64,000 nt of DNA from Candidatus Woesearchaeota archaeon (GTDB lineage: Archaea; Nanobdellota; Nanobdellia; Woesearchaeales; JACJVV01): the NCBI GenBank assembly GCA_047602755.1, contig JBLKOM010000006.1:77561-141560 (forward strand), given 5' to 3'. The position numbers were made by a program, and so were the translations under genes. The notes below the pieces were generated by a model. It was not told the origin of the DNA. It did no database searches and was given only the letters and a program-made list of their open reading frames with translations. Positions 10,018 through 21,156 of this stretch are shown here, piece by piece (the stretch's first letter is position 1; every line of letters starts with the position of its first letter).

Positions 10018-10557
10018 TTATTTATTGCTTTCACTAGCTTCAGTCAATAATCCAGCACTACTAATATATAAAATTAACCCAATAATACCTATAAGCCAAC
10101 CAATTGCTTGCACATTTGGACTTGAAACAAAATATCCAGAAATTGCCATTGAAAAACCAATACCAATTACTGCTATATGCCAACGACCTTCTTCTTTATT
10201 TCCCATACCAAAATAGATTATTGCAAAAAAGAAAATAGATAAAACAACCCCTGCATAAACTCCAAATGGAGTTAGCACATTTGTCACAACTTCACGAATA
10301 TTATCTGTTTGACCAACTCTAAAGATTCCAAATGTAGAAACTAATGAAATAGTTAATGCAGTAGCTTTTCCATAACGATTTGCTTTACTATCATTGCCTA
10401 AACCTGGAACTTTTCCAATAATTGCAAGAATTATAGCATAAAACAAGACAGTCATTACAACAAAAGATGCAATATACATAGAATGATCATCCTGAAAGAA
10501 ATTAATAATAAATCTTCCAGTATTCTCAAATGCATTTACATAGTTCTGTACGTCCAT
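10018..10557 (-). CDS. Membrane protein, paralog of the N-terminal domain of 8417-10012
   Basis: Shared motifs FY...GK(V/I)P...N(R/K)YGK...S..GIF, YFG...RW and A.GWLI. Confidence 0.75.
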   Translation of the reverse strand: MDVQNYVNAFENTGRFIINFFQDDHSMYIASFVVMTVLFYAIILAIIGKVPGLGNDSKANRYGKATALTISLVSTFGIFRVGQTDNIREVVTNVLTPFGVYAGVVLSIFFFAIIYFGMGNKEEGRWHIAVIGIGFSMAISGYFVSSPNVQAIGWLIGIIGLILYISSAGLLTEASESNK

Positions 10558-10692
10558 TAAAGTTTTATAAGTATTATAGTTTAAAACATTTTTGCAGTTA
10601 CAGTAAATGGCATATTAATTTGTAAAAACTAATCTTATTTACTATTTAGATTAAGACATAATTTACAAAAGATTAATATACAATTTATTAAA

Positions 10693-11283
10693 TCAACCAA
10701 ATAATGATTTTCTTTGTCTTGCAATATTTCCCATCATATTTGGAAGCATAGATTTTACAAGTAAATTGTAAATTTTATCTCGTTTTGATCTTATATATGA
10801 ATGAGCATCAGAAACATCTTTTGCATGTTTTCTATCATAAGTTTCAAGCCAACCTTCTACAGTTTTAATATTTAGCCTATTAGCAACATATTTTCTAACT
10901 CTTTCTGAATTAGCAAAATCTCGCAAAAACTGAATTAATTTAACTTCATTTAAGTCTGTAATTGATCTTTTACCCATAATAACTGCATCAAAATCAGCAT
11001 CACCAGTTATTACTTCATGCTTAAGTTTACTAGCAATAAAACCCATTCTATGAGACAATGCTTGTGTTAAATGAGGAATTGCACCTTTACAATAATTATC
11101 TGTAGGATTATCAACAACTGCTTCTAAATATTTACGATTACCTGATGGAATTTGATTCCAAATAGAAGGCTCTGATCTTAATTCTTTTATTATTTCAACT
11201 ATTTCATCATTAGAGCACTTATATAACATATCGATATGCTGCTCAACTTTTTCTAAAAGTAATTCAATTTTGTTTTTATCCAT
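10693..11283 (-). CDS. Hypothetical protein
   Basis: 196-aa ORF with an AGGTGA SD. Confidence 0.75.
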   Translation of the reverse strand: MDKNKIELLLEKVEQHIDMLYKCSNDEIVEIIKELRSEPSIWNQIPSGNRKYLEAVVDNPTDNYCKGAIPHLTQALSHRMGFIASKLKHEVITGDADFDAVIMGKRSITDLNEVKLIQFLRDFANSERVRKYVANRLNIKTVEGWLETYDRKHAKDVSDAHSYIRSKRDKIYNLLVKSMLPNMMGNIARQRKSLFG

Positions 11284-11518
11284 TTTATCACCTATTTAAT
11301 AAATAATGTAATACCATTTTTTTGATAATAAAACTTAATAAATATTTATATTTTTAAAATATTATAATTTCAAGGAATAATAATCTAAAAGAATTAGGAA
11401 TTACAAGTTATTTTTCCTTAGTTTATGAAATTAAAAATGTATATTAGAGACATTAATGATTATCACTAATTTTTTAGAATGAATAAATAAAATAAAAAAA
11501 TATAAAATATTTACTTAA

Positions 11519-11794
<276 letters not shown>

Positions 11795-12052
11795 TATAAT
11801 ATCCACCTCTTATTTTATTATAAATTAGGTTATAACACTATTTTGAACTTTATAGTATATAAAGCTTTTTATTTTTTTAATATAATTTATTATTTTTTTA
11901 TAAAAAATAAAATAAATATTTAAAACTAAAAAAATATTCTTTTTTATAAATTTTATTTTATCGACTATAAAATTTAGAATTATTTAAGAAGTAGATAAAA
12001 TCAAATTAATTTTATCAAAAAAATAAAAAAAATAATTTTTTAACTAAAAAAA

Positions 12053-13972
12053 TTAATAATTTACAAGAACTTCAACATCCTTACCAAAAATATTTTTAAG
12101 ATCTTCAAAAACTCGTTGCTTTAGAAAAACTTTATTTGGAATTTCTATTTTTACAAGATGCTTTTCTAAGTCTTCAATTGTTGCTGAAATTATATTTTTT
12201 AAAGAACCATCTTCGTCTATATCTGCTTTTGAAACACCTTGATTTTGATTATCTAAATCATGAATAATGAATGCAACTTTGTCTAACATAATCACTTCAC
12301 CATATTTATCTCCATGTTTCACCCTTATTTTTGCACGTTCTAGTTCTCTTCCTTTTTTACGTTGGATATATTCAATTACAAATCTAATAATATCTCTGGA
12401 ATCTTTTTTGCATTTTTCAACATCGGTTTTAGATAATTTTTTTGCATCAAAATCTTTTTTAGCTTTGATTACATCTTCAAGCATTCTTTTATATTTCTCA
12501 GGAATTTTTCCGTGCGTTATTAAGTAATCTTCAAAATACTTTAGAATGTCATCATTTTTTACACCTTTAACTCCTTCAAGACTAAGTGCATCTCTTACTA
12601 ATGTAACAATTGTTTCATATATATGCAGAACATCTTCTTCTTCTTTACGTTTTTCAATATCAGTAAATAATGTTTTTATTTTTTTTAAATAATCATCAGC
12701 ATCCTTTAACATTTTATCAATTTCTGCACCTTTAAGTTCTTTTTTAGTTCCATGCTCTAAATCTTTTCTTATTCTTATAACATGCTCAAGTATTTCAATA
12801 GATTTTGCATCAAACATTTTTTCTTTTTTTACAAAGATTTCTTTCATTAAAGTAGCTGTTTCTCTTGGTGCAGGAGGTGCAATACCATACATCATTAATG
12901 CTGCTTGTGATGGAGTAAGTAAAGCATAATATATATCTTCCATCCCTATTTCTTTTATTTTAAACTCAACACGTTTAATCATTTGTTCACCAGATGACAT
13001 AAACATATCAATTGCTTCAGCAGATGGTTTTATTTTACCCATTTTTAGTAATTGTTTCCATGGCATAAAAATACCTCTATCAAAGAAAGGAACACCATCT
13101 CTTAATAATGTGAAAATTACAGGATTTGCTTCTTTTAATGAATCCCAGAAATCTGTTAAGATATATACTTGTATATTTATTTTATTTTGAATTCCAGTCA
13201 TCTGACCAGCTTCATAACCCATTCCAATAATTATAGCTCTTAATTTATCTTTTAATTCTGCACGAGTCATTTTTTTAACATCAGTATCATCAATTACAAT
13301 CCATACATCAATATCTGAAGTTTTTGTTGCTTGCCCTCGTACAATAGAACCTGCAAGAACATAACTAACAATATATTTTTCAAACTTTTTAACAACCATA
13401 CTCTTATGAATTTCTGATATTTTTATCGCTGCAAGCATACCATTATCATATATTGGCGCACTCATTGCAATTTCTTGAAGATAATCATATTTTGCATCAT
13501 AGCAAGATTGCCATAATTCACTTAAAATAATTGTTTGTGGTTTAAGATTCTTATCAATTTCTTGAGCCATTTGAGCAATAATTATGCTTAATTTATCTTT
13601 AAGCTCTTGCTTAGTCATTTTTTGACTATCATTATCATCAATAAGAACTAAAACGTTAATATCGTCAGGATTAGACTTTTCTTTTTTAATATTTTCCATC
13701 CCTTCTGGAAGTTCAGCCATGTCTTTTTTCATTGATTCATGTTGTTGTTTTACAGGAGGAAGTAAAGCAATACCAACGACGTACTTGTCAAATTTTTCAA
13801 TTACATTTTTAGTAAAAGTATCTAATTTTTCTTTTATTTTCTTTAACTTTTCTTGAGCTTCTTTTGGTAATTTTGAAATATCTTGATTTCCTATTTGTGT
13901 TTGTGCATCATTAGGATTAGCAGTAGAAATATTTTTTACATTTTTAGATTTTGCAGACTTTGATTTTACCAT
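12053..13972 (-). CDS. Pol-beta-type nucleotidyltransferase with duplicated NTase domain and HEPN-like domain(s)
   Basis: GSIVRGQATKTSDIDV motif; degenerate N-terminal copy (DINVLVLIDD...MTKQELKDKL vs DIDVWIVIDD...MTRAELKDKL); IYYALL..SQAAL helix and RKDLEH (Rx4H). Confidence 0.8.
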   Translation of the reverse strand: MVKSKSAKSKNVKNISTANPNDAQTQIGNQDISKLPKEAQEKLKKIKEKLDTFTKNVIEKFDKYVVGIALLPPVKQQHESMKKDMAELPEGMENIKKEKSNPDDINVLVLIDDNDSQKMTKQELKDKLSIIIAQMAQEIDKNLKPQTIILSELWQSCYDAKYDYLQEIAMSAPIYDNGMLAAIKISEIHKSMVVKKFEKYIVSYVLAGSIVRGQATKTSDIDVWIVIDDTDVKKMTRAELKDKLRAIIIGMGYEAGQMTGIQNKINIQVYILTDFWDSLKEANPVIFTLLRDGVPFFDRGIFMPWKQLLKMGKIKPSAEAIDMFMSSGEQMIKRVEFKIKEIGMEDIYYALLTPSQAALMMYGIAPPAPRETATLMKEIFVKKEKMFDAKSIEILEHVIRIRKDLEHGTKKELKGAEIDKMLKDADDYLKKIKTLFTDIEKRKEEEDVLHIYETIVTLVRDALSLEGVKGVKNDDILKYFEDYLITHGKIPEKYKRMLEDVIKAKKDFDAKKLSKTDVEKCKKDSRDIIRFVIEYIQRKKGRELERAKIRVKHGDKYGEVIMLDKVAFIIHDLDNQNQGVSKADIDEDGSLKNIISATIEDLEKHLVKIEIPNKVFLKQRVFEDLKNIFGKDVEVLVNY

Positions 13973-14357
13973 TTTTACGAAACCTCGTTTTTATTTTTAT
14001 CAAATAAACATACACTATATATATTATTATTTAATTAAAATTATTGTAAATTTTAACAATTAAACAATTAATAATCATTTTAAGTAAATCAAGACATGTT
14101 ATTATATATAAATACTTCCCTTGGATTTAATACTTAGTAGGGACATTTCTGACATATTAATAATTAATATGTTAGATGCTTTTTGATGAACATAATTTGA
14201 TTTCACTACACAATCAGCATAAACTTTAAAAACATAGGATTTCTAATTGTAATTATATTACTATTTTATAATCAAAACAGTATTTTAATAAAAAGTAATA
14301 AAACAAAAAATAATATAAAATAAAAATTATATAATAAAAAATCTAAGGTGATGTTCA

Positions 14358-14996
14358 ATGGCTGATAAACCAGTACTACCATTATATGAAGGAACAGATA
14401 TAAATTCAAATGTTGATCAATATATTAAAATCAATACGCCAACTGCTGTTGAAGCAAGAAGAAGAAGAGTAGAAAAACATGGCAGAAAGCATCAAGAGCA
14501 TATTGATGATAAAATTGTTGGAGATAAAAGATTAAAAGACTTAAAAGCTTCTGAAAGAAAAACATATGTTGCAAGAGCTTTAGAATACCTTGCAAGAGAA
14601 TGGTATGATGCTCATGGTGTTAAGCTTGATAAAGTGACGCCTGAAATGATGGATGCATTTTTACAACAGGCTGGAGTTGGAGATTATAATACAGTTTTAA
14701 AACAAATTGTTAATAATGAAGCAGACCTTGACCTTTATGGACCAAGAAACCAGTATCTTAATGCAATAAGAGAAAGAGTAGCTGAAGCAAAAGATAAAGA
14801 AGGACTTGAATCACAAAGACTTGAAAGAACTTTTGAGAGCAGATTAGAATATTTACCTGTCCTTCAAAAGAAATTGGCTAAAGCACATGAGAGACCAAAA
14901 GAATATGATGCATCTGCAAGTGTAAGAGAAATGCTTCAAGAGCAAAGAAAATACCAAGCTAGAAAAATGGATTCAGGATATGACCAAACGTATTAA
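14358..14996 (+). CDS. Hypothetical protein, paralog of 19720-21090
   Basis: 212-aa ORF with an AAGGTGA SD; shares segments with 19720-21090. Confidence 0.8.
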   Translation: MADKPVLPLYEGTDINSNVDQYIKINTPTAVEARRRRVEKHGRKHQEHIDDKIVGDKRLKDLKASERKTYVARALEYLAREWYDAHGVKLDKVTPEMMDAFLQQAGVGDYNTVLKQIVNNEADLDLYGPRNQYLNAIRERVAEAKDKEGLESQRLERTFESRLEYLPVLQKKLAKAHERPKEYDASASVREMLQEQRKYQARKMDSGYDQTY

Positions 14997-15007
14997 GAGT
15001 TAATAGA

Positions 15008-15382
15008 ATGGAACATATCAATAAGTTTTATTCACATGCTAGACAAGAATTAGATGATTTCTTAAAATCTGTTGATTATAGTACTATTTCAAAAGCAAAA
15101 GGAATATTAGCAGAATTACAAGATATTCCTGAAGAATATCATGCAGAAATAAAGCAAGTAGTTATTGATAGGTTAAAAGATTTTTACCAAATTACAATGG
15201 AACATCTGCAAAAATATGATATAGCTGATTTTAAAATACTTGACCATTTAGCTGTTCAAGGAAATGCTGATGTAATTAAACAGACATATGGGATTGCAAG
15301 AAGGGAAGAAGCAAAAGGAAATCCTAAACCATATATGGTTCAGCAAAATCAATATACAACTAATACTCCAGAAAAGATGTAA
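15008..15382 (+). CDS. Hypothetical protein
   Basis: 124-aa ORF 11 nt downstream of the previous gene. Confidence 0.7.
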   Translation: MEHINKFYSHARQELDDFLKSVDYSTISKAKGILAELQDIPEEYHAEIKQVVIDRLKDFYQITMEHLQKYDIADFKILDHLAVQGNADVIKQTYGIARREEAKGNPKPYMVQQNQYTTNTPEKM

Positions 15383-15609
15383 AGTAATTTAAATCAATCA
15401 AATTTTATATGATAATTAAGCTTATTTATTATTTTTTTTATTAGATTTTTTCTTTACTTTAGAGAAATCATGTTCTGATTTTATTTCAGAGCTAGATAAA
15501 GAAATATTATTGTCATACTTTACTATTTCAATAGCATTATTATTTTTTTTAGATAATAGTTTATTTTTTTTTATTAATATATTATCTTTAAAATTTATAA
15601 TTTTTTCTT

Positions 15610-18600
15610 TTATACTAAATTTAGATCTTTTTTTTTAAAAAAACTCTCATTTGATTTATTATTATCAGAATAAAAAAAAGATCTATCTTTTTTGATTGCA
15701 GTATCAGCTTCAATTGTGATTAAGCGTTCTTCAATTTCTACTAAACGTTCTTGATAATTATGCATTCTATTTTCATAAGCACGCGTATCAAGTTTTTTAG
15801 TTTCAAGATAATCATGCTGAGTTTCACGAATTAAATCAGTTAAACGTAATTTTTCAGAGCTCAAATGCTTAACTTCATTACCTAAAAATTTTAATAAACT
15901 AGCACGAATTGTTTCATACATAATTATTTGTTGGACAACATCATTAATACGAGATTCATATTGTAGCATTGCTTGCTGATATTCTTCGATTGTAACTCTA
16001 CCTAGTTCAAAACATTCATGCTGAAGTTCTTGTATTAAACCTAGAATTACACTATTTTCTTTATGAAGTACTTTAAGACGATTTTGAACATATAAATATC
16101 TTAAAAAAATTGCTAAAATAAATGAAAATATAATTAATCCAAACAAAGATAAAAGCAATAATCTCCAGTTATCTCTTAGGAAAGAAGTTAAATTAAAAAC
16201 ACCAACTGTTTCTAGAGCAAAAGATACCTCTGCATCTTTAGCACGGTTATATGCTAAAACAAAATCACCGCGATCCAATGCTGCTTGTGCAAGAAGTAAA
16301 AGTCGTTCAGTCTCAGGGGTTTGAATTCTTCGAGAATTTGCGTTAGTAACTAAATCGCGGATTTCATCTAATAATGAAGAAGACAATAAAGCTAGATCAT
16401 ATAAATTTAGAATATTTAGATTAATATTTATAATTTTTTGATATTCTCTTAAATTTAGATTAGTATCAAAAGATTTTGTAAGTTCTAATATTTTAACAGT
16501 GTTAAAACCAAGTTTATCTAATATGTTTATTAATTCTTGAGATTCAAAAATTAATTCCTCTGCTTGTATACGAGATATTGGAACAATATATAATTCAACT
16601 ATACGTTGTTCTTGAATTGGGCTATAACGAAAATTAGTAGTATTACCAATTATACGAGAATTATTAATTACAGCTCTAATAATAAACAATAGTTCATAAT
16701 AACCATCAATAAAATATTCTGGAGCAGAAATAATTATATCATATTCTTTTGATTCATTTATTTTAAGATTATATAGATCTTTAGGTTGTATGTCAATATA
16801 TTGACTTAAAAAACCAGATAATTCAACACTAAGATTAAGCATTTCACCAGTAAATGTATTCTCAACTATTAAATTAAATTCTTCATCACTTCCACGAACA
16901 AGTTCATATGTTGCATTTGTTTGAAATAATGCTTCACGTTGAAACTCTGTCAATAATATAGGTTCATTAATATTTAAAGAACCGCCGCCGCCACCAGGAT
17001 TACTCCAAGAAATAGGTTCTTCTGAAGGAGTAGGTGCTATATAATCACCATCAGCACTACCACAAGCTTTTACATATATACCATCAGGAATTGAGGAGCA
17101 TACAAAAGACAAATTAATTTTGTGTTCTTGGATACTAGCGCTATTTGGAAGACGTGCATTCCCTCCTGTATAATTTTTACCATAAGAATAAACTGTTATT
17201 TCTACAAGAGATTCTTGCATAAAAGGCAAATTACTCTCATTAAATTCAAAAATAATATAATTATAATTTTTTGAATTATTTGAGATATTATTATAAAATA
17301 ATTCAATAGTATGAGTTGCATATTCAATGATTGTGTCACTTCCAATAACATATTGACTTGCTATGCTATAAACCACAGCAGATTTTGCAACATTAAAATT
17401 ATTTGGAAAATCCCAACCAAAGCTAACATTAAAAGCAGTATTCTCAATTTGATTATTACCTCCAACATTCTCAAGAGATGCATTAAGAGTTAAATTTTGT
17501 CTTAATAATGGAATAATCCATAGATTATTATCTGCAGAATAAAAAATAGATCTAGTACTTTGTGGAGAAAATATTTCTTGATGAAGTAATTCACCTGGAG
17601 TTAAAATATACAATAATGTTGAAACATTTCGAGATGAAACACCTTCAACAGTATCAGTTTTATTAGAAGAAATAGTTATTTTTGGAGTTTCAGTTAAAAT
17701 AATATCAGTATCAACCTGAGGAAAACTTGCATTAAAACTAATTATACCTAACTCACCAACATCTAATATTATTGATGAAGAATGCTGAAGCCCTCTATTA
17801 TTTGAAATCCACTTACTTGAATCACTAAAAGCAAGAATTGAATATTCAGCACTTAGTCCACTATATGATGGTGTGAATCTAACTACGCAACCATCATATT
17901 CAGGGTCTCCAGTGTTTGTTATAGTAATATCTCCAATAGGTTTATCTTCAAAATAACCATTTATAGGGCCTAATGACATTGGTGAATTTATCCAAGATAT
18001 ATTCCATGAACAATCCCAAGCAGATTCAAATGACACATTTGAAGTAAAGTTATTATTACCTGCTGTGTCATTTGCCCATATGAAAAAAGTATAATTTTGT
18101 TCTTGAGATGATAAAATAAGATCATATTCATACAGATTTCCAGAGATATAATTCATAGAATAATTTATTTGACTGCTTGAATTAAAAGTAACTAAAACAA
18201 CAGAATCAATATCCAATTGTGAATCAAATACATTCGCAGTTATAGTAATAGTTTCACCTGGATCAATATCATTAAGATTAGACGGAGTATAATTAATAAG
18301 CTCAACATCAGGTGATGTTGTATCAAGATTAATTTGACGAAGTTCTGTGGTATTGCAATTTCCTGCTTGATCACAAGCTTCAACGTCAAAGTAATATTGT
18401 CCATTGGGTAAATCTGTGAAATTATACCAAGTTTCCTCTGAGCCATCATCAAAATTACTAATGTTGCTTAAGTTTGTGTCATACAAATAGAAGTTGTATA
18501 CATCAACATTATCTTCTACAAGTGAAAAATTAATGAAAATCCAATTTCTTGAAAAATTAGAGTTATTTAAGGGAGTTCCATTAATCCCATCAACATCATC

Positions 18601-19596
18601 AATAAAATATACAATAGGAAAAGTTGTATCTATTGTAAAAGTTATTTCTTCAGAACTTTCTGTTCCTTCTGAATTATTTGCATAAAAAGTAAAAGTATAT
18701 TCACCATCTACATTTGTAAAAGAATCAGTTAAAAATTCAGTTTCTGAAATATTTATTGCTGTTGAATTTGCTGTTCCATTATTATACCAAATAAATTCTG
18801 CATTTGAAGCAGTAAAATTAATTGGAATTGTTGAAGTGTTGTAATAAAAATCTTGAATTGGACTTAATATTTCTAATGAAGAAGAGAGTAATGATAGACC
18901 ATCTCCATTGTTGTAAAGCTGTTGGATTTCTGCTTCAGATAATGCTCGATTCCAGATAGCGAATTCATCAATATGACCTCGATAGGCCCAATGATCATCA
19001 AAGTTTCTACCACCAATTGCAAATATAGTATTAGCTGTTTGTAAATTTACTGTATTTGACGCAACTAATTGACCATTAGCATATATTCTAATTACTGATC
19101 CATCATAAGTTATAGTTGCATAGTACCAAGTGTTAGTATTTATTGAAATAATACCTTGAGGAGTGTGAAAAACTGGATGCTGATAATCAAAACCATTACC
19201 GGTATTATATATTGAAAACATAAATAGTTGAGAACCTTGATTTTGCCCTACTGAAAAAAGTGTTGCATACCAATTAGGTATTGTCCCTGAATTAAACCAA
19301 AAAGAAATTGTTCTTGGTTGATTTCCTGAAATTCCTAAATTTGTTGTGGACCTTAAACGCTCTGACAAACTTCCTGAACTTCCTGCAAAGTAAACTGATC
19401 CACCACCTAATTTATAATTATTTGTTACTACAGGAACACTTCCTAGATGTTCCACTAAAATATGGCCTCCATCAATAGTATTATCTAAGGAATCATCAAA
19501 CGGCCAATACCCAATCAATCCATCTTTTAAATCTGCTTTTACAATAGGAATTATAAACAGAATTAGCAAAAATAATAATAATTTTTTTACATCCAT
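15610..19596 (-). CDS. Large cell-surface protein: signal peptide, LamG/concanavalin-like domain, Ig-like repeats, poly-Gly linker, TM helix, cytoplasmic coiled coil
   Basis: GLIGYWPFD...W.Y.T.TYDG...IY.NG...G.IDEFAIWNRALS..EI LamG signature; (I/L)DTT.P Ig repeats; PGGGGGS; C-terminal TM. Confidence 0.85.
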   Translation of the reverse strand: MDVKKLLLFLLILFIIPIVKADLKDGLIGYWPFDDSLDNTIDGGHILVEHLGSVPVVTNNYKLGGGSVYFAGSSGSLSERLRSTTNLGISGNQPRTISFWFNSGTIPNWYATLFSVGQNQGSQLFMFSIYNTGNGFDYQHPVFHTPQGIISINTNTWYYATITYDGSVIRIYANGQLVASNTVNLQTANTIFAIGGRNFDDHWAYRGHIDEFAIWNRALSEAEIQQLYNNGDGLSLLSSSLEILSPIQDFYYNTSTIPINFTASNAEFIWYNNGTANSTAINISETEFLTDSFTNVDGEYTFTFYANNSEGTESSEEITFTIDTTFPIVYFIDDVDGINGTPLNNSNFSRNWIFINFSLVEDNVDVYNFYLYDTNLSNISNFDDGSEETWYNFTDLPNGQYYFDVEACDQAGNCNTTELRQINLDTTSPDVELINYTPSNLNDIDPGETITITANVFDSQLDIDSVVLVTFNSSSQINYSMNYISGNLYEYDLILSSQEQNYTFFIWANDTAGNNNFTSNVSFESAWDCSWNISWINSPMSLGPINGYFEDKPIGDITITNTGDPEYDGCVVRFTPSYSGLSAEYSILAFSDSSKWISNNRGLQHSSSIILDVGELGIISFNASFPQVDTDIILTETPKITISSNKTDTVEGVSSRNVSTLLYILTPGELLHQEIFSPQSTRSIFYSADNNLWIIPLLRQNLTLNASLENVGGNNQIENTAFNVSFGWDFPNNFNVAKSAVVYSIASQYVIGSDTIIEYATHTIELFYNNISNNSKNYNYIIFEFNESNLPFMQESLVEITVYSYGKNYTGGNARLPNSASIQEHKINLSFVCSSIPDGIYVKACGSADGDYIAPTPSEEPISWSNPGGGGGSLNINEPILLTEFQREALFQTNATYELVRGSDEEFNLIVENTFTGEMLNLSVELSGFLSQYIDIQPKDLYNLKINESKEYDIIISAPEYFIDGYYELLFIIRAVINNSRIIGNTTNFRYSPIQEQRIVELYIVPISRIQAEELIFESQELINILDKLGFNTVKILELTKSFDTNLNLREYQKIININLNILNLYDLALLSSSLLDEIRDLVTNANSRRIQTPETERLLLLAQAALDRGDFVLAYNRAKDAEVSFALETVGVFNLTSFLRDNWRLLLLSLFGLIIFSFILAIFLRYLYVQNRLKVLHKENSVILGLIQELQHECFELGRVTIEEYQQAMLQYESRINDVVQQIIMYETIRASLLKFLGNEVKHLSSEKLRLTDLIRETQHDYLETKKLDTRAYENRMHNYQERLVEIEERLITIEADTAIKKDRSFFYSDNNKSNESFFKKKDLNLV

Positions 19597-19719
19597 CAAA
19601 GTGTTATAGATTTAAATACTTTATAAAAATTGTGCTTAAATACAATATAGCTTTATTTACTACTTTACAGTAAATAAAAATAGAAAAATTTATAAATATG
19701 TTATGTTAATATTGCTGTT

Positions 19720-21090
19720 ATGAATGGATTAGATGAGACTAGAACAGGAATTAGAGATATAGGATTAGATAGAAGACTAGATTACAGGGAACAATTAAGA
19801 CCATTAAGAGAACAATTAGATTATCAAGTAAATCAACTAGATCCAAATCATCCTTTAAGAAGACATCTTGATGGTTACACAGGACAAGAAAGACAAGATA
19901 GATTAGATCAAATTATACAAGATAATATTGCACGACAACAAATGCCGAAATATTCGAGAGAACAATTAGAACCAGTTAGAGAAGCAATACATAACGATAT
20001 AATGAATCAAGATGTAAATAATCCTGACCGAAGAGCGTTTGAACAACTAAATCCACAACAAAGAGAAGAAACATTAGATATGCTTGCAAATAGATTATTA
20101 CATCAACAAGAAAGACAAAATATTTCTAGAAATCCTTTAGAGATGAGTACTCCTAGTTATGCAGCACAAAGACCTGCTGAGTATGATGAAAATACTTCAA
20201 CTAGAAATCTTATGCAAGAAGATGATAGAACAAGAAAAGTAAGAATTGGTCAACAAGTATTAAGTGATATTATTGAAAAACATGAAAATGAAAAAAGAAA
20301 ATATATCAAACTAAATGGTGATACTTCTAATGCTCCAGAATTAGATTTAGCTGATGAATTAGGTTATTTAAAACCAATAGGTATGTCAAAAAATGATTTT
20401 AAAAATGAATTAAATTCAAGACAAGGTGAATCAAAATTAGAATATTTAGGTGACAATTATTTAAGTTTAATGGAACGTCAAGAAAATTCAAGAAGTGCTA
20501 GATTAACAACAGGAGAAAAAGTTAAAGATATGACAACTGATGAATTATTAGATAAATTTTTCAGTTACATGTCAGATCAAAGAGCGTATGATACATTAGC
20601 AAGAGATTACCAAAAAGCAATGTATAAAATACATTCTAATATTGATGATTTTATTGGAGAAGGAGCACCAAGCAGATTTGAAATAGGTAAAAGAAAATCA
20701 ATTGTAACTAGTATTATTGATTATTTTACATCTAAATCAGGATTAGATAGAGATAATTATTTTGCTGAGATTGGAATTAGTGATACATACGATGAAGTTT
20801 TAGAAAAAATAGTTAGTGAAGAAAGAAATTTAAATCCAATGGATAGAGATAATCAACTATTAAATCATATGCTAACATATGAAGTTGATAACAGTCATAT
20901 ATTTGGTGATGTTAAAAAAATATATGGTGAGTTAACAAGAAGTAAAACACATAAAGATAGAGTAATCCAAAGAATATCTGATAAATTAGGTAAACCACTA
21001 AAACCTGAAATTACTGCAGGAGAAGCTCTAGGAAAATACCTTGAAAAGATAAGAATTGATGAGCCAGAAATAGATAAAACTTTCTACTAA
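19720..21090 (+). CDS. Hypothetical protein with an N-terminal ~56-aa duplication; C-terminal domain paralogous to 14358-14996
   Basis: REQLRPLRE...P.RR / REQLEPVRE...P.RR repeat; similarity blocks with the 212-aa protein. Confidence 0.8.
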   Translation: MNGLDETRTGIRDIGLDRRLDYREQLRPLREQLDYQVNQLDPNHPLRRHLDGYTGQERQDRLDQIIQDNIARQQMPKYSREQLEPVREAIHNDIMNQDVNNPDRRAFEQLNPQQREETLDMLANRLLHQQERQNISRNPLEMSTPSYAAQRPAEYDENTSTRNLMQEDDRTRKVRIGQQVLSDIIEKHENEKRKYIKLNGDTSNAPELDLADELGYLKPIGMSKNDFKNELNSRQGESKLEYLGDNYLSLMERQENSRSARLTTGEKVKDMTTDELLDKFFSYMSDQRAYDTLARDYQKAMYKIHSNIDDFIGEGAPSRFEIGKRKSIVTSIIDYFTSKSGLDRDNYFAEIGISDTYDEVLEKIVSEERNLNPMDRDNQLLNHMLTYEVDNSHIFGDVKKIYGELTRSKTHKDRVIQRISDKLGKPLKPEITAGEALGKYLEKIRIDEPEIDKTFY

Positions 21091-21156
21091 GAATAGAGTT
21101 TATTTATTAATAAATAATCATAATATATTTAATCTAGATTGTATTCTTGATGATAT

